A DNA stretch of 64,000 nucleotides from Hypanus sabinus (Eukaryota): assembly GCF_030144855.1 (NCBI RefSeq), contig NC_082707.1, forward strand, positions 55,428,001 to 55,492,000, written 5' to 3'. Under the pieces are notes generated by a model. The model was not told the DNA's origin. It was given only the letters and a program-made list of their open reading frames with translations, and searched no databases. Numbering within the stretch: the first letter of the stretch is position 1; every line of letters begins with the position of its first letter. The position numbers and the translations under genes were made by a program. Below are positions 39,201-52,300 of the stretch, one piece after another.

Positions 39201-39699
39201 AGAAGAGAGAAGTTGCAGTTGTGTGTAGCAATTTGGAAACCGGTTATTTTTGAAGAACTTGTTTCAAATTATTAGCTTCTCCAGGAGTAATTAAAAGTCT
39301 GAAAATCCAGTTCTTTTTATTACATTTTGCTAACAAATTTTGCAGAAACTGTTTTCTCACCATCATGGATCAATAACCTGGATCAATTTATTAGCTGGGC
39401 CAAATCTATATATTTCCCTGGAGATATTAGGGACCTTGAAGTGTAATTACAGTATGTCAATTGGTTCTGATGCCTTTTTGTAGATTAACATTCTAGGTAC
39501 CCTGATTACAATACACAGCAGCACTAACCTAGCATATGGAGTCACACTATCTTTAAAGACATTGCCAACTTTTCATGCGTGTCTTAAAGGAGAAGTGTAT
39601 TATGCATGGAGAAATCCTGGAACTTATTCTGACCTGGAAAATATTTAAGAATGGCAGACATATGAGAAATTGATCCCCAAAATTTCATAAGACTGCACA

Positions 39700-40890
39700 G
39701 CTTTAGTTTGAAAGCAAGAATGATTTTACAGGTGAAGTGTGATATTCTGGCAAGAAATATTGATGATGCTAGACTTAAGCCTGCACTGTATTTGAGTCTT
39801 TTGTGCAGCCTTTGATTAGAAACACTGCTTGCCTGTCATGATACTGCAGATGTATTTCTAAGGGCAGCCAAATTTAAGGATTGTGCACAGGCCCTCTTGA
39901 ATGATAGAATCTTTGAAAGATCAAAAGCAATGCATGATGGTCAATTTCTCTTGGTGTTGCACAGTGAAGTTCATGTTCATTGCACATCTGGATATTGAGA
40001 AGAGATGTATGAAAAGAATCTGCAATGACTTTATGGCAGGAAACCGTGATCCCTCCATATTGTCCATAAACTATCGTATTTACTTCCATGATGATGGTCA
40101 TGATTCTGACATCTGTGACACTGGCTCATATCTTCCTCCAAATCACTGGAAAGACAAAATTAACAAACATCAGTGTTCTCTCCCATGCCAATGTCCCCCA
40201 ACTTCAAGAATCTAATTTCAGTAGCTCTGACCAATGGGCACTCTGTCAGATTGTTTAATTGCCTGACAGCAAACACCCAAAGCAAACTCTAGTCTCATTT
40301 CTACTAAGGCAACATCTACTAGATCAAAATCTATCCAAGTCACTGAAAAAGTGTAACATTCCCACCAGCGCATTCTCCCCTTAAGCTTAAGAAATTCATT
40401 GGAGACAATATCTGTTTCTGAGGTCCATTGTTTTTCAATTTTCATGTGGATTTGAGAGTGGAGCAGATAACTTGTTGTGGGATGAAACCACCAAGTTTTG
40501 TTTAAGAATTTTCCAATGTGCTCCTTCCAAAAGATATTGAGAAGAGTTTTTTTTTGCAGAGTCCTTTAAAGATACATTTTTTTTGCTGTTTGTATTGTTT
40601 GATTGGGTTAGTGGAGACACAAATCTAACAGATGCCAATGCCTAGATCAAAAATGTTAACGTAGGCATGCAAAGGACCTCCAGGATAAATAAATATTTGT
40701 TCTGACTGCATCATCTCTGTTGTAGAATCAAGGTCACTCCAAACTCTATCATTAAGCTGCAGTCTGTTGAAACCCATGTGAATACACCTAGTGTCATCGA
40801 GTAATACAACACAGAAACAGGTTCTGGTCCAACTGGTCCAAAGTTGAGTTCCTGGCATAATAAATTTTACCTTTAGGGCAACTGCTGTAC
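39700..40890 (-). mobile_element. Ancient RTE-clade LINE relic (extent uncertain)
   Basis: Minus-strand remnants across frameshifts at ~39800-39990: MNMNFTVQHQEK, IAFDLSK, EGLCTILKFGCP, HDRQAVFLIKG. These match the RTE RT segment DMIFTARQLQEK...AFIDLTKAFDSV.REGLW.IL.KFGCP...HDDMQA. Confidence 0.55.
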
Positions 40891-40934
40891 CCAAGACTGC
40901 AATGCAAGAAATCTCAGATTTTGGGGGTATAGGT

Positions 40935-41560
40935 CAGTCCATCATGAAAACTAGTGCCCCTTCCCTGCCATCTATTGACATTGCCTACACTTATCTTGTA
41001 AGCCAACATAATCAAAGACCCCTTCCCAGCCCTCTCCCCCTTTCCATTAGGCAGAAGATATGAAAGCTTGAAAACATATATCATCAGGCTCAAGAACAGT
41101 TTCTGTCTTACTGTTCAATGATACTTGAATGGACTTCTTGTACCTCTTGAGCTCTCAGTCTGCCTCAGTGTGGTCTATGCACCTTATTGTCTATCTGCAT
41201 TGAACTTCCTCTGTAACTCTATATTACATTCTGTTATTCATTATCCCTTCATACTATCTCAATGTATTTATGTTTTAAAATGATCTATATAGATGGCATA
41301 CTGTGGTAAACTATGTATACCTGTCTGGACACGCCCCTCTGCTGACTGCTCCTGTGGCTCCTCCCACAGACCCCTGTATAAAGGCGATTGGGGCACTGCT
41401 CCTCCCTCAGTCTCTGAGATGTCGTGCTCCCTTTTGCTGTTAATAAAATCCTATCATTCACTTCCAGTCTCCGAGAGTTATTGATGGTGCATCACATACA
41501 AAGCACTTCACTGTATCTTGATATATATGACAATAGTAAATTAAATACCATTTGTGATGA
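40935..41560 (+). mobile_element. Degraded Rex1/Babar-like 3' fragment hosting the solo LTR
   Basis: NIIKDP...LGRRYESLK...RLKNSF-like motif and a 3' UTR ending near 41550. Confidence 0.55.
41302..41494 (+). mobile_element. Solo LTR (193 bp) with perfect 5-bp TSD
   Basis: TG...CA ends, internal TATAAA and AATAAA; CATAC duplicated at 41297-41301 and 41495-41499. Confidence 0.85.
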
Positions 41561-41836
41561 AACAGCAAGTAAAAACAGTTTCAAGCCAGGGTAGCACAAT
41601 TAGAAGAGGGTACATGCTTCTCTGAAAGCATGCAGTACATTAGAGCACCCCAGGTGGGTAATAAGAAGGGTGAAGAAGAAACTTGATGGTTGTGCACAAG
41701 GATATGGTTAGTGCATTGACAGTACTGAAAGCCTGTATCCATTGTTAAAGAACATAGGGGAATACAGATCCCCAACATTGCTCTGAGGTTGGAACCCAAC
41801 CATTCTTGCATTCAAATCAAAAAGTTAAAAACTACC

Positions 41837-42127
41837 AAATGCTGGAAATATGAAATAAAATTAGAAAATGCTGAAAGTACAGCAGAACTGGCAGTAAGTG
41901 GATGAAGAGCAAAGTTAACAATTTTTCATCAGAACACCTATTCACATATATGTGGATGCAATTGTAATGCAGTATTGACAGTAAGTATCATCACAGCATG
42001 AGTCTGGGTATGGTACTGCAGTAGAATTTAGGCAGAAGAGATTCTACAGATGCCCTTTCCATAAAAGTGCTGCTGGATCAGCTGCATTTTCAGCATTTTC
42101 TATTTTTATTTCATATTTCCAGCATTT
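41837..42127. repeat. Fold-back element with 40-bp near-perfect inverted arms (PLE-terminus-like)
   Basis: 41837-41876 is the reverse complement of 42088-42127 with one mismatch. Confidence 0.75.
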
Positions 42128-42579
42128 GCTGGTTTGTGCTTTTCTGGATCCCCATCCAGATCCTACTATTCACTATAAATTTAGTCGATAATTAACCTAC
42201 CAAACCACATATCATGAGATCTGTATGAAAGGAAACTAGGGCAGCAAGAGAAAACCCACACTGTCACAAGAGAAAATACAAACTCTACAGAGTCATCTCC
42301 AGAGCTCAGGGTTGAACCTAGCGGCATTTACAATCTTTTTCAACTCTCAGGATGTTTCAAACTCTTGTGAGAGGTAGAGTATCAACTTGTTACAGTTCCT
42401 CAGATCTGCAATGCTACATCTGCCTTCTAAACCCATACAAGATTAGACTTGGCTTTGGAGCACCTAGATAACAGCAATACAGGTTGCTGTGTATCAATAA
42501 GGCTGCAGAGGGCTGTAGACTCAGCCAGCTCCATTAGGGGGTGCAATGCTCCCAACCATCAAGTACATCTTCAAAAACC

Positions 42580-43410
42580 CTTTTGTAATTACCAAGTTTT
42601 CTGCATTAATTCCTCATAAAATGTGGTTTGATCTTCATCTAAGTTACAATAATAGACAAAACACAATCTGCCTAAATTAAGAACACATGAACAATTGCAC
42701 TACTTCTCATCAATTTAAACAATCACAGTCTAGGTTCAAAAGAGTATGTGAACCTCTGGAGTAATGTCTTCTCCAAGAGTATTTTGGAGTCAGGTGTTCC
42801 AATCACTGAGATAAGACTAGAGGTGTGGGTTGCAGAGGTGCCCACAAAAGACACACAAAGTCAGGTTACTGACAGAGCCTGCATTTTCTCAAAAAAATCT
42901 GTTTATGTACACCGTGCCTTGATCAAAACAACTTTCAGAGGACCTTAGAACAATTGTAGAGATGCATGAAACTGGAAAAGGCTAGAAGAACATTTCTGAA
43001 GACTTGAATATTCATCAGTCCACAATAAGAGAAATTGTCCACAAATGGAGGAGACTCGGTATCTGGTGCTCCTCTCCCTAAGAGTGGCTATCCTGCAAAG
43101 ATCACACCAAAAACACAATGTACAATGCTGAAGAGGTGAAAAAGAACCCAAGGGTAACAGCAAAAGTCCTGCAGAAATCTCTAGAACTTGCAGTTATAGT
43201 CTCTGTACATGTGTCGACTATAAGAAAACACCGAACAAGAATGGTGTTCATGGAAGTACACCACAGAGGAAACTACTGCTCTCAAAAAAAAAGCATAGCT
43301 GCATGTCTCAAGTTTGCAAAGACCACCTGGATGTTCTACAATGTTTCTGGATCAACATTCTGTGGACAGATGAGACAAAAGTTGAAACTTTTGGCAGAAA
43401 TGCACACCAA
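42580..43410 (+). mobile_element. Tc1-like DNA transposon, 5' part, transposase pseudogene
   Basis: SKQLSEDLR, EVKKNPRVTAK.LQKSLE, VHVSTIRK, LKFAK, ILWTDETKVE (first catalytic D) across frameshifts; truncated after that motif. Confidence 0.88.
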
Positions 43411-43446
43411 CACCAAAACCAATAGCAGGAGGGAAAAAGGGCAATG

Positions 43447-43661
43447 TGTGGCGACCCATTTCCTGGCACATCCGAACCGGCTCACAATTAGATAGCCTAT
43501 GGGGGTTTGCAAGCACAGAGCTTTGGAGCCTCTGCGCCATGGGGGGCAGGTTGAGGGAGGCTTAAAAGTGAGGCTGAGGATTTCGAATAAAGTTTTTTCC
43601 TTCGACTGCAGTTACCGACTCCGTGTCGTAATTTTAGCGCTGCGTGTAGCACACCGCTACA
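43447..43661 (+). repeat. 5' LTR of the Gypsy element (215 bp)
   Basis: TGTGGCG...CGCTACA inverted termini, AATAAA near 43587, PBS directly downstream. Confidence 0.88.
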
Positions 43662-43663
43662 AT

Positions 43664-43677
43664 TGGTGACCCCGACG
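43664..43677 (+). promoter_or_regulatory. Primer-binding site complementary to tRNA-Trp
   Basis: TGGTGACCCCGACG is complementary to the vertebrate tRNA-Trp 3' end (...CGTCGGGGTCACCA). Confidence 0.85.
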
Positions 43678-44363
43678 GTCCAAACGATTTTTGGACCAGA
43701 AATGACCGACGCCGCCTCTGTTCATGCGGTTTCGTTGAAACTGCCGGGTTTCTGGACACAGTGACCGAACCTATGGTTCCAGCAAGCAGAAGCCCAATTC
43801 CATGTTCGCCAGATCACCTCAGAAGACACCCGCTACTACTACATGGTGAGCTCCCTCGACCAGGACACAGCGGCCCAGGTCGCGGAGTTCGTACAGTAGC
43901 CCCCGGCAGACGGAAAGTACACGGAATTCAAAGCCCTGCTCCTCAGGACTTTCGGACTCTCACGGCACGAGCGGGCTGCCCGTTTACTGCACCTGGATGG
44001 CTTGGGCGACAGACCTCCATCGGCTTTAATGAATGAGATGTTGTCTCTGGCCGACGGACACACACCCTGCCTCATGTTTGAGCAGGCATTCCTGGAGCAG
44101 CTGCCCGAGGACATACGCCTGCTGCTGTCCGACGCAGATTTCAGTGACCCCCGGAAGGTGGCAGCCCGGGCTGACTTGCTGTGGAACGCCAAAAAGGTGA
44201 GCGGGGCGTCCATCGCACAGATCTCCCAGCCATGCTCCCAGCAGCAAACCAGTCCAGGCCCGGCTGCAGAGCCCGCCAACCCCCAGCCCAAGGAACACTG
44301 GTGCTTCTACCACCAGCGGTGGGGCGCAGAAGCCCGCCGTTGTCGCCCGCCCTGCAAGTTCCC

Positions 44364-44370
44364 GGGAAAC
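44364..44370 (+). other. -1 ribosomal frameshift slippery site (gag-pol)
   Basis: G GGA AAC in the gag frame shortly before the gag stop; the protease is in the -1 frame (GKRQGQPPLMAT). Confidence 0.8.
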
Positions 44371-47300
44371 GCCAGGGCCAGCCGCCACTGATGGCTACGG
44401 TGGCTGGCCTTCGGGATAGCCTCCTGTATGTAAGGGATAGAAGGTCGGGACGCCGGTTTTTGGTCGATACTGGTGCCGAGATCAGCGTTTTACCTCCGAC
44501 GAGTTACGACACCCGCAGCAGGGCACCGGGGCCCCCGAGGGCCGTGAACGCAGCACAGTAAGGACCTATGGCACCCGTCAGGTGCAGCTACAGTTCGACT
44601 CCAGACAGTTCACGTGGGACTTTACACTGGCCGCCGTAGCCCAACCGCTTCTGGGTGCGGATTTTTTGCGGGCTCACAGCCTACTGGTAGACCTGCCCAG
44701 GAAGAGACTGGTACACGTCGAGACCTTTCAGATGTTCTCCCTGGGTGCAGCCCAGTTGCCAGCCCCTCACCTTGGCTCCATCACGCTGTCCGACAACGAC
44801 TTCACCAGGGTCCTGGTGGATTTCCCATCGGTTCTGGCACCGCAGTTCACAGCGGCCATGCCCCGACACAGCGTACAGCACCACATCCCGACCCAGGGAC
44901 CACCCCTCCACGCCCGCGCTCAGCGGCTTCCCCCGGACAAGCTCCGACTGGCGAAGGAGGAGTTCCAGAGGATGGAGGAATTGGGGATCATCCGGCGGTC
45001 CGACAGCCCATGGGCCTCCCCCCTGCACATGGTGCCCAAAACGACGGGAGGCTGGAGACCGTGCAGCAACTACCGCAGGCTGAACGAGGCTACCTCACCG
45101 GACCGCTACACTGTGCCGCACATTCAGGACTTTGCAGCAAACCTGCACGGCGCACGGATCTTCTCCAAGGTAGACCTCGTCCGAGGGTATCATCAAATCC
45201 CGATGCATCCTGACGACATCCCCAAAACGGCTCTCATCACCCCGTTTGGCCTTTTCAAGTTCCTCTGCATGCCGTTCGGCCTGAAGAATGCCACACAGAC
45301 GTTCCAGCGGTTAATGGACGCGGTGGGACGGACCTGGACTTCTATTTGTTCATCTATTTGGATGACATCCTCATAGCCAGCAGCAGTCGTCAGGAGCATC
45401 TGTCCCACCTCCGTCAACTCTGCGCCCGACTGAGTGAGTACGGTCTTACAATCAACCCTGCCAAATGCCAGTTCGGACTCAATACCATTGACTTCCTGGG
45501 CCACAGGATTTCTAAAGACGGGGCAACCCCTCTGCCCGCTAAGGTAGATGTGGTCCGCCACTTCCCCCGACCCACCACGATCAAAGGCCTTCAGGAATCT
45601 GTAGGTATGGTCAATTTCTACCACCGCTTCCTCCCTTCAGCTGCCCGGATCATGCGCCCCCTGTTCGCCCTGATGTCAGGTCCGAGCAAGGACATTACCT
45701 GGGACGAGGAGTCCGTTGCCGCAATGCTAGTACATCCCAGAATGGACGCCCCTACCGCCCTCACATTGGACGCATCTAACACGGCAGTCGGTGGGGTGCT
45801 GGAGCAACTCATCGCAGGTCGCTGGCAACCCCTGGCGTTTTTCAGCAAACACCTGCGGCCACCCGAGCTCAAGTACAGTGCTTTCGACTGGGAACTGTTG
45901 GCGCTCTACCTGGCAATCCGGCATTTCAGGTACTTCCTAGAAGGCCGGCCCTTCACCGCGTTCACGGACCACAAACCGCTTACCTTTGTGTTTACGAAAG
46001 CGTCCGACCCCTGGTCGTCCCGCCAGCAATGCCACCTGTCCTACATCTCTGAATACACGACGGATGTCCGGCACCTCTCAGGTAAGGACAATGTCGTGGC
46101 GGATGCGCTCTCTTGCCCTACCATTCATGCCCTTTCCCAAGGGGTAGACTTTGAGGCACTGGCAGAGGCACAGCAGGCAGATGAGGAGATTCCGAGTTAC
46201 AGAACCGCAGTCTCCGGTTTGCAGCTCCAGGACCTCCCCGTAGGCCCGGGTGAGAGGACCCTACTCTGTGACGTCGCCACCAGCCAGCCCCGTCCCGTCG
46301 TCCCGACAGCCTGGCGGCGCCGTGTTTTCGACTCCATTCATAACTTGGCGCATCCCTCCATCCGGACCACAGTCTGGATAGTTTCCAGCAGGTTCGTTTG
46401 GCATGGACTCCGCAAACAGGTCAGTGAATGGGCCAAAACGTGCATGCACTGCCAGACGGCCAAAGTGCAGCGGCACACCAAAGCCCCACCGCAACAGTTC
46501 CATCCCGCCCACCGGCGTTTCGACCACATTCATGTGGATATCGTGGGCCCCCTGCCAGTGTCGCGCAGAGCGCGGCACCTCCTGACTATCGTGGACCGGT
46601 TCACAAGATGGCCAGAGGCGGTCCCGCTCACCGACACCACCTCCGAATCTTGCGCCCGAGCCCTGATCACCACCTGGATATCTCGCTTTGGTGTACCGGC
46701 CCACATTACCTCCGACAGAGGCGCCCAGTTCACCTCCAGCCTGTGGTCAGCTATGGCCAGCCTTTTGGGGACTCAGCTGCACCACACAACTGCCTACCAC
46801 CCACAGTCGAACGGGCTAGTGGAGCGTTTCCACCGTCACCTGAAGTCGGCCCTCATGGCCCGCCTGCGAGGAGCCAACTGGGCAGACGACCTTCCCTGGG
46901 TCCTACTCGGCATCCGCACAGTGCCCAAGGACGACCTGCACGCCTCGTCGGCCGAGTTGGTATACGGCGCGCCCTTGGTCGTCCCCGGGGAGTTCCTACC
47001 AGCCCCACGGGGGCAAGAGGAAGATCCCGCAGCAGTCCTGGGCAGACTACGCGAGAAGCTCGGTAACCTGGCCCCCATACTCACTTCACAGCACGGGCAG
47101 AACCCGACCTGCGTACCCAAAGACCTGCAGAACTGTAAGTTTGTGTTTGTACGAAGGGGCGGGCATCGGCCACCGCTGCAGCGGCCATACGAGGGGCTGT
47201 TTATGGTGCTCCGGAACAACGGGTCCACGTTCGTGCTGGACGTTGGGGGGAAAGAGGAGGTTTTCACGGTGGACCGCCTCAAACTGGCCCATGTGAACCT

Positions 47301-47689
47301 GGCGCAACCGGCCGAGTTTCAAAATTACAAAATTGTATCAAGACATTTTACAGGAGAATATCAGGGTAGCAGTCCGTTGCCTGAAGCTTAAGAGAAGTTG
47401 GAAGAGGAACTGTAGCAAGTTGACACTCTACCTCTCACATTCTGAAAGATGAAAATGATTGTAAATACTCTTGTCATTATTTCATTGATATCTGGTCTAA
47501 TGTAATTAATGACAGGATATTAGCAAAATATGGAACAATAGTCGAGAAGTGCAAAGGGGCATAACATTTTAAGAAATTTGCTTGTCACAATTGTTACTGT
47601 AAAATTATTCACATTGTTGTTCACAAACATTTTCTCGCAACTGTATGTCTTGTACTAGAATTTATTATGCTTTGTGGCCACAAAAGAAT

Positions 47690-49370
47690 AACAAACCTGT
47701 AGTTTAAGAGGGAGAAGCTAAAGTCAGACGTGATACTATTACAATGGAGTAAAGGGAATTACAGAGGAACAAGAGAGGAGTTGGCCAAATTTCATTACAA
47801 GGGGATACTTGCAGCGATCACGACAGAACTGCAATGGCTGTAGTTCCTGGAAGTAATTTGGGAGGTGCAAGATAGATTCATCCCAAAGAAGAATGCATTT
47901 TAAAGGTAGAATAATGCACAGGTGAAGTCAAAGACAGCATAAAAGCAAAGAAAGATCAGATAATATAGCAAAAATTTGTGGGAAGTTAGAAGATTTGGAA
48001 GCTTTTAAAAGCCCACATAAGGCAACTAAAAAGCCATAAGGAAAGGATGAAATATGGTGACTAATATAAAAGGTAAAACAAGATTTTCCCACAGGTATAT
48101 AAAGAACAAAAGAGAGGTGAAAGTGGATTTCAGACTAATGAAAAACGATGCTGGAGAGATGGTATTGGGGGACAAAAAATGGTAGACAAACGCAATATCT
48201 TGCATATGTCTTCACTGTGGAAAACATTCAGGGGGCAGAAGTGAATATAGATGCTATTACGAAGGAGATAGTGCTTGGGAAGCTGAAAGGTCTAATTGTA
48301 GAAAATCCACCTGGACCAGAAGGAATATGCCCCAAGATTCTAAAAGAGGTAGCTGAACAGATTGTTGAGGGATTAGTAGTGATCCTTCAAGAATTTCTAA
48401 ACTCTGGGATGCTTCCAGAGGACTGGAAAATTGCAAATGTCACTCCACTCTTTAAGAAGAGAGGAAAGCAGGAGAAAGGAAATTACAGGCAGTTAGCCTG
48501 ACTTCAGTGGTTGGGAAGATGTTTGAGTCCATTATTAAGGATGAAGTTTCATGGTACTTGGAGGCACATGATAAAATAGACTGAAGTCAGCATGATTTCC
48601 TTAAGACGAAATCTTGCCTGACATACCTGTTTGAATTCTTTGAGGAAATACTGGCAGGATAAACAGGTGAGTCAGTGGATGTTGGTTTTGGTCTGAAACA
48701 TCAACTGTACTTTTTTCCTATAGTTGCCACCTGGTCTGCTGAGTTCCTCCAACATTTTGTGTGTATTGCAAAGCATTTTCTAAATTGGAAGTAAGTACAA
48801 AATCAGAGGTGCAAAGGGACTTGGGAGTCCTTCAGCAGGATTCCCAAAAAGTTAACTTGCAGATTAAGTCAGTGGTAAGGAAGGCAAATTCATTTCAAGA
48901 GGACTAGAATATCAAGCAAGGATATAATGCTGAGGCTTTATAAGACATTGGCCAGACTTCACTTGGAGTATTGTGTGCAGTTTTAGGCCCCTTATGTAAG
49001 AAATGATGTGCTGGCATTGGAGAGGGTCCAAAGGAGATTTACAGGATTTATTCCAGAAATGAAAGGATTAATGTTGGAGGAGTGCTTGATGGCTCTGGGC
49101 TTGTACTTACTAGAGTTTAGAAGAATTAGTGGAGGGGATCTCATGAAAATATACTAAATATCGAAAGGCCAAAACAGTTGATGTGGAGAGGATGTTTCCT
49201 ATAGGGAACATATAGGAGGGGGTGCAGGACCAGAGGGCACAGACTCAGATTAAAAAGGTGTCTGTTTTGAACAGAGATGAGGAGGAATTTCTTTAGCCAG
49301 AGAGAGATGTATGTCTGGAATTCATTGCCACAGAAGACCGTGGAGGCCAAGTCATTGGATATACTTAAGG
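47690..49370 (+). mobile_element. Degraded CR1 LINE; its 3' end resumes at ~53083-53250 after the HERO-like insertion
   Basis: LGKLKGL, EDWKIANVTPLFKK, GNYR, LEYCVQF, WNSLPQKTVEAKSL; continuation gggttcttaattagtcaggg...ggcctaattctgctcct at 53098-53230. Confidence 0.88.
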
Positions 49371-52300
49371 CACCACCTGACGACATCTGCTCCTGGCCAA
49401 AGGCTTTGGTTACCTCATCAGGTAACTGAAGAGAGGACCCCAGTGTGTGATGCAAGCAGTAGCTGGTTCACCAGTGGCTTCCAGGAAAGACGGGATGGCA
49501 ACTGATAAAGGTCGGTGATGCTGGAAAGATAGGTGACTTCCAGGAAAGACTGTAACGGGCACACAATGCCAGCAAACTTGTGTGCAGCACTTGCAAGAGG
49601 GCACCATACAAGCTATAGATGAACTAAAAATGTAATACCCCCCAGAGTCTCTCAGTGGGTGGAGGGGAATGAGAGAATCAATAGGACAGACAGAACAGGA
49701 ACGACAGTAAGTATGATAATAAGAAGGCTCAAGCAAACAACACTGACTGGTAAGGCATTCATTGCAAAGGGCCATTGCAGCAAAACCTGCAAAAACATCA
49801 AAAACCGCAAGATACATCAAAGCAGGTCCAGCTGTGGGACGAAGGCAACTCAAGTTCAATGCATGGACTCAACATCTGGTGAAATAATGGAGAACTCCAA
49901 CCAGGAAGCACCCCACAGAGCGGAAGATCTCTCCACATCTGAGCCATCCCAGTGTCAAAGAAGGGACCAAGTGAGTGCCCCTTTGGACACCCTGATCTAT
50001 TCATCAAGGAAAGAGAGGATCAGATGGACTAAATAATCAATGTATCTTGGAAGCAGTTCGATGACAACTTCGATTGCACCTTGGGAGATACATTGGCAGG
50101 ATCTGTCTACAGGAAAATCGACTCCCTCACAACCACTGTGTTCAACTCGCGAAAGAGTGATTCGGCCCAATGGAAAAGAAAGGGGATCTTAGACCATCAC
50201 GGCAACCAAACAGGAGGGGAAGGGAGATTCGCCACCTGAGGAGTGAGATAAATATCCTGAACAAACAATTCAAAAACAGTTCACCTGACATAAAAGAAGG
50301 TGTCAAAGATCTAACAGCAAACAGCTGGAACAGCTGTGCAACCTCAGGAGGGTGGAGCAGCTGCAAAAGCGAAGAAGAGAGAAAGAGAGAAGGAGAATGC
50401 AGTTTGTTAAAAACCCATCCAGGCTCACCAGGGCTCTTCTCAACTAGCAAAAATCTGGTACCCTAACCAGCTCAAAGCAGGAGGTGAAACAATTTCTGCG
50501 GGAATCACACAACAATCCCCATAGAAATCAGGGACTAGACTTTAATCAGAAGTCCCCCAGTCCCCCAACCAAGAATCCCAGCATCTGAGCTGAACATGGC
50601 AGAGACCACGTGGCAGGAGGTCCAGGATATCATCAAGAGAGCAAAGTCACCTGCTGCCCCAGGACCAAGTGCTATACCCTACAAGGTATATAAGAAATGC
50701 CCAAAACTCCTCTGGAGTTTGTGGAAGATAATGAGGAAGATTTAGACCAAGGCTCTATTCCACCAAGCTGGAAAATGGCTGAAGAAGATTCCTCAACATT
50801 TGCCCAGTTTACAACAATCTCCCTCCTTAGTGCAGAGTGCAAGATATTCTTCCCAGTGCTTGCGAAAAGGCTGAACTCTTACTTAATAGAGAATCACTGT
50901 AATAACACATCTATCCAGAAAGGTGGCATCCTGGGTTTTTCTGGGTGCCTTGAACACACCTCAATAATCAACCAATTGATCCACAAGGTCAGGCAAAAGA
51001 AAGGCGAGCTAACAGTCATCTGCTTAGACCTATCCAACGCCTATGGATCAATTCCATGCATCCTCATCCAGTCTGGCCTGGACCTCTACCATATCCCACA
51101 AGTAACACAAGACATGATCACCAGCTAACTAGGAGGATTCAGCTATGCTTCACTTCAGCCCACTTTACAATCAGGTGGCAAGACCTCCAAAAAAGGATTT
51201 TAACGGGCTGTACCATCTCCCCCATCTTGTTTGTCATGGGTAGGAACCTCCTCTTATCAGCAGCAGCAGATGTAATCCCCCCAGTGCTGGAGCTCGGCAT
51301 CTGATAACCTTCAATACGTGGATTCATGGATAACTTCACAGTAACTACTATAACCCACGTTCAAGCAAGATGGGTTTTGGAAATCCTGTAAAACATAGCT
51401 ACTTGGGCTAGGATGTCCTTCAAGGCCAGGAAATACAGATGCATGGTGATCAAAAAGGCAAAGTTACTAGCAAGTTCAGTCTTCAAGTACAGGAACAAGT
51501 CATTCCATCCATAGAGGACAACCCAGTAAAGTGTCTTGTAAAGTGGTTTAATGCAGCAATGATAGACAGCACCAACATCACCAACACTGTAAAGTGGAAT
51601 GAGGAGTGGCTTAAGAAGATCAACAAATCCGGACTCCTTGATAAATTTAAGACATGGCTGTACCAACATGGTCTTCTATCAAGGCTACTTTGGCTTTTCA
51701 CATTATATGAGTTCCCCATAACCACTGCAGAAGGCATTGAGAGGAAAGTCAAAAAGCACCGGTGGAGGTGGCTGTGGATCCCCTCCCCAAGTTCTTCTTC
51801 AGTAGGGTTCTACATAAGATCAGTCAGCTACTGCTCCCGTTGTCATCAGTAGTGGAGGAGTTCAAGGTGGCAGTGTAGAGTTGTGTTAACACTGAGGGGC
51901 TCCGATGACAAGCTAATAACCCAAGCAGGAGTCACAACAAGATCGGGCCAGAACAGGGCCACCAGCTCGGCCACAGACCAGGCAGTGAGCTCCCCGCAAT
52001 TGAAAGTTATCATTGGCAAGCAATGCCTGGGACAGCAACAATGCAAGGGACATTTAAGACATGGTCCAGGCAGAGGTACAGAATCGCAAGGACAAAAGCA
52101 AGTTATCGAAGGCAGTGGAGTTGGGGGTCATAGGCTGCCTGGATGAATGGGATCTTCCCAAGATCACTTGGGGAGAGCTTTGGAGACTGGAGCCCTTCTG
52201 CATTTATTTCCTCCTGCAGTCCATGTATGATACTCTCCTTACACCATCACAGCTGTACACATGGGGGCTGAGAGAGGACCCTAACTGCAAGTTTTGTGAT

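Larger units (their letters stand above)
43447..47320 (+). mobile_element. Ty3/Gypsy LTR retrotransposon, 3' end missing
   Basis: gag from ATG 43702 (MTDAASVHAVSLKLPGFW...CFYHQRWGAEARRCRPPC, two premature stops); protease LVDTGAEISV; RT (WASPLHMV, YLDDILI); RNase H (DASNTAVG, TDHKPL); integrase (HVDIVGP, TSDRGAQF, SNGLVERFH). Order PR-RT-RH-IN. Confidence 0.97.

Noticed and set aside
39874-40894. Cluster of short ORFs as a host pseudogene or TNFSF10 exons
   Set aside because: No TNF-family motifs; the recognisable remnants are RTE-type reverse transcriptase.
43761-47322. Many overlapping alternative-frame and antisense ORFs in the Gypsy body
   Set aside because: Expected shadow ORFs of GC-rich coding sequence; no independent motifs.
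49369-49500. Calling a hammerhead ribozyme in the HERO-like terminal repeat
   Set aside because: CUGANGA boxes are present, but I could not find a properly closed stem II-GAAA-stem III; kept only as a hypothesis.
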